Below are positions 59,866 through 64,000 of a stretch of DNA of 64,000 nt, piece after piece (the stretch's first letter is position 1; each line of letters opens with the position of its first letter). Where the stretch lies: NCBI GenBank assembly GCA_035221665.1, contig JAVHYY010000823.1:62001-126000 (forward strand), written 5' to 3'. Under the pieces are notes generated by a model. The model did not search any database. It saw nothing but the letters and a program-made list of their open reading frames with translations, and had not been told where the DNA came from. Origin of the DNA: Okamejei kenojei. Its lineage: Eukaryota. A program made the translations under genes and the position numbers.

Positions 59866-62636
59866 TAAGTAGATTTCACCCATTTCTTGAAACTTGCGTT
59901 TCCTACTGAAGTAAGAACTGGGTAGCTTTGCTGCAAAATTATCCCTTTGTAATATTCATACAGTTATTCCTCCTTCCACAGAATCTGTCTGGCGCATTGA
60001 TTATTTCCAGCATTCACCCTTTGGTTTCAAGTTTCAGCAACAGCCTGCATTTCATCGCTTAATATGTCCCTTTGTCTGGTTTCTCTCTCTCTCTCTCTCT
60101 CTCTAACGACCACCACTGATCGGTTAACCAGACAGCTCTGTAAACGGTGCAACCCTCGCCTCATCCTATCACCAGTATTCCCAATCAAACCCTCCTCCAT
60201 CCTAGCGACAACTGAAAAGTGACTGCATTTCCTTCCCCCCCCCCCCCCCCCCATGCTGATCAGAATTATTTTGACCCGATGCTACCTGATCTCTACCTGA
60301 CCTAATCTCTACAGATGCTACCTGATCTGCTGCGTGCTACCAGTATTTCTGATTGGATTTTGATTACTCCTCTAATGGTAACCATGCCTTCAACTATGGA
60401 GGCTATAAATCTCAAAATCCCCCTCTCTCCCCAAAATCTCTCTGAGCCTAGGCATCCCACTCCTCCTTTAAAATCCTCATTAAAACAATAGCAGCAATCA
60501 AGCTTTGAGCAACATCTCAATTTCCCCTCTTTGGCTTGCTGTTGAAGTTTGTTTGATATTGCTGTTGTGTGGATTTTTATCATTCTTTACTGCACTCAGT
60601 ATTGACTATTTTAAATGCAAATTGATAATAGACAATAGACAATAGGTGCAGGTGTAGGCCATTTGGCCCTTCGAGCCAGATCAGCCATGGCTGATCATCC
60701 CCAATCAGCACCCCGTTGGCCGATGATACTTTGGTGCCACATTTTTAGTGGTAATAATGCAAGGAAGCACAGAAATAAAAAATAGTCACTGGTTTTCCTC
60801 AGTATTATAATTATAACGTGCACAAAAAGCTCAGCTGCTCCCTGCTGCAGGTTTCCACAACACTTGTGCTCACTCACTCATTCATCCATTTCCTTCATTC
60901 ATTCATCAATTTATTCATAATTACAGAATGCTTCTCAATACATGACATGCCTTTAAGATAACAACTTCATTCAGTTTTGTTTTCTTTTAAGGCATACCAT
61001 ATTTGTCAGCTGTGATTTTCTACTGGCGAAGTAAAACAAGATATCAATGTGTGATGGTAAACAGTGTAGAGTACGATTTGCATTGGAACTGTTTGCTAAT
61101 ATTCTTGATTCGACTGTATTTCTTGAATTTTCCTCTTTTGGTTTGGACACAGCTTTGATGCTCTGTGCTGAAAGCTTCCTTAATAACTCCCAGTCTCACA
61201 GCTGTTTAGTATTCAAATCATTTATATTGCATGTATAAGGAAATTAAAGCATCTAAGTTCCAGTCAGCATGTAATGTGATATTTTTGCCACCAACATCAG
61301 TGCCATTGAACATACAGTGGACTGAATGACCCACGTTGGTTTGATCAGCAGCTCAGTAGTCCAAAAGTCGAACCAAGTCCCCTGTACCATCATCCATTGC
61401 CTCTACAAGGTTCCCACATAATGTAAGTGGATTCCAACCCAGATTTTCCTAAACAGGCCCCTTTCCAATTCAAACAAAGTGTGGGACAGATAAAATGCAC
61501 AAAATAAAATGATTAGAAGAGACACGCAGAGATAAAGCAACAGATTCATAAAAAGGACAAAAAAGTAACATCAAATGAAACCATAGAGAAACAAAGCTGG
61601 AAAAAATTAACATAAATAAACTACAAATATTTGAAATATATCTCACTGTTTCACTGAATACAAATGTAAAAAATCTCTTTTGGGGAAGTCTGGCTGAGAA
61701 TCCATTTATATTCTGGCCCACTGAGTATTTCCAATTTTTTCAGTTTGCATCATCTGCAGCTTTTTTACTTTTCAACGTAATTCGAATAGTTCGGCTGAAG
61801 GCTGGTGACTAAATGATATAGTTAATCTTGGGCAACTGCACCTATCTAAAAACGTCAGAAATGGAAGAGCAGCTGAGCAATAAAGTACACATTACCTCAG
61901 TCAAACTATTAACATTTTGGCAGATAGATGAAGGGCACTGCTTGAATGGCCGACATGTCATCATTTATTCTAGATGTTTGAAAACTTTTTATGTAACCTC
62001 TTTGCCTCTGGCAAAGCATCGAAAGTAAAATAAATCATGCAATTGGTATAACAAATACCAACATTAAAAACTAGTGTTTTAGTTCTTGCCAATGTTCCCT
62101 TATAGTCTTTTAGAACTGATTACACACAATGAGCTCAATCACCATAAACAAAGTCTGACTGTTACGGGAAGACTCTAGACAGATGTGCTGCATGTTATTA
62201 ATTTTAGTTGTAATGGACATTACCATTTGCATTAAAACTCAAAGCAAAAGAATACATTTATTGTTATTAATGACCTCGTTTTAGGAATAGATTAGAAAGC
62301 TGACTGAAGGATTTAATTTAGTTTCCAAGAAATGTTCTTTTTCTGAAATAAAATAGAAATTTACACAACGTGGCTTAAACATGTGGACCCGACTGTCATT
62401 TTAGTTTATAATTAAAAAAAAAAAATGCCAATACGTTTTTTAATGCTGTACCTGAAGTCTGTGACAACTGTAAATGTGTGTGGATCTGTCTCACTGGACT
62501 GACTATAGTTTCACAACCTCAGTGAAAGAATGTCTGACAGTGCACTTGGGGGTATTTTGTAAAAATACATTAATAATGCTGGAACCTTGTGCAATATTCC
62601 ATCAATGCTAACCCTGTCAACATTAAACCTGGTAGA

Positions 62637-63445
62637 CCATCTCATAGGAGCAGAATTAGACCACTCGGCCCATTGAGTCCACTCTACCATTTGACCGGGG
62701 CTGATCTATTTTTTTTCTCTCAACCACATTCTCCTGTCATATCCCCATTACCTTTGATGCCCCTACTAATCAAGAAACTGTAAATCTCCGCTTTAAAAAT
62801 ACCCAGTTTCTTGGCTTCCACAACCGTCTGTGGCAATGAAAGCACCTTCCATCTGAAGATATTCCTTTTCATCTTCATTCTAAATGTATGTTCTTTTATT
62901 GAGGCTGTGTCCTCTGGTTCAAGCCTCAGCCTTTCCACGCCCACTCTTTGGCCGTCTTTCATTATTCAGTAGAGATCCCCCTTCATCCTAAGCTCCAGCA
63001 AGTATAGGCCCCAGGCCATCAAATGCTCCTTGTATGTTAACCCAATGGATAGGGCAGGTTTGGAGTGATATGGACCAAACACGGACAGGTGGGACTAGTG
63101 TAGCTGGGACACGTTGGCCGGTGTGGGCAAGTTGGGCCGAGGGGCCTGTTTCCACACAGTATCACTCTATGACAATCATCCCCTGGATTATTCTTGTAAA
63201 CCTTCTCTAGACCCCCTCCAAAACCAGCACATCGTTCCGCACCAAAATTGCCCACAATATTCCAAATGTGGCCTTATAAAGCTAAAAGCATTTCACCCTC
63301 TCTTTTATATTCTAGACTCCTTGATATGAATGCTAGCAATGCATTTGCCTTCCTTACCACTGACTCAACCTGCAAATTAACCTTTGGGAATCCTGCGCCA
63401 GTACTCCTTTTTCACCTCTGATTTCTGAATCCTCTCCCTATTTAG
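62637..63445 (-). mobile_element. CR1 3' fragment with an oppositely oriented CR1 tail (63045-63173) nested inside
   Basis: Minus-strand CR1 RT C-terminus and UTR are interrupted by ATGGATAGGGCAGGTTTGG...CACTCTATGAC. Confidence 0.8.
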
Positions 63446-64000
63446 AAAGTAGTCTAAGCTATTGCTTTATTTCCACTTCAGTTATTCATTTTTAAACTAA
63501 CCCTCACTATTTTTACTAATATCATTCCACAGGATTTTTGATTTAAAATGTTGGCCATTGTCTATGAGCTGACGTTTATTTTTATTTATATCAAATCATG
63601 TGGTTCTCAATTTATTCCGGAGGTTTGACCCCTGGAAAAGAGGTAAGTTCATTTCAAGGTAAAGCAGAAAGGAGTTAGCCTGCATTTTATCACAGCAACT
63701 TTGTTTGCAAATAATAGTGTATTGACAACTGCTTACGTTGAAATGGATCTTGGATTTGCACCTTCGAACTGAGGAATATACGTTTTCAGATTGGTGCAAC
63801 ACAAATGTAATGGATGATGTTAGTTAATAGGATTCAATGGAGAGTGAAATGAGCAGAGATCTATTCAGCTGGAAACTTGCTGGTCGTGCTCCAAGGCATT
63901 TCCCCATTGACAACAAATTCTGAGGCAGATGCTTATCAAGAGGTTGCAGAGTTAATGCACCATGTTATTTCCAAGTTGCTCTTGTTTAATCCTATCCAGC

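Overview
Repeat-dominated, intronic or intergenic vertebrate DNA. The repeat repertoire (HER1/CR1-type LINEs, HE1-type tRNA-derived SINEs, Penelope-like remnants) points to a cartilaginous fish, probably a skate or ray; this is an inference. I recognised no host protein-coding gene. Contents: two full-length but decayed DIRS1-type tyrosine-recombinase retrotransposons (3864-9064 minus, 47230-53068 plus) with ITR/ICR architecture and near-identical termini; a full-length decayed Passport-like Tc1 transposon (9235-10825); several Rex1/Babar LINE fragments, one with a 531-codon open RT frame; many CR1 3' fragments and SINEs; PIF/Harbinger-like MITEs with TWA flanks; a non-autonomous Helitron; and Penelope RT/GIY-YIG remnants with dispersed terminal-repeat copies carrying hammerhead-ribozyme-like cores. 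Most unusual observations: a 5' U2 snRNA fragment inside the DIRS methyltransferase domain; a circularly permuted ~80 bp copy of a locus 3 kb away; a splice donor at the same position in both DIRS leaders; a MITE dimer separated by a Tc1-footprint-like spacer; and fold-back hammerhead palindromes. Coordinates were read by eye and element edges may be off by a few bases. Family assignments rest on recalled motifs, not database searches.
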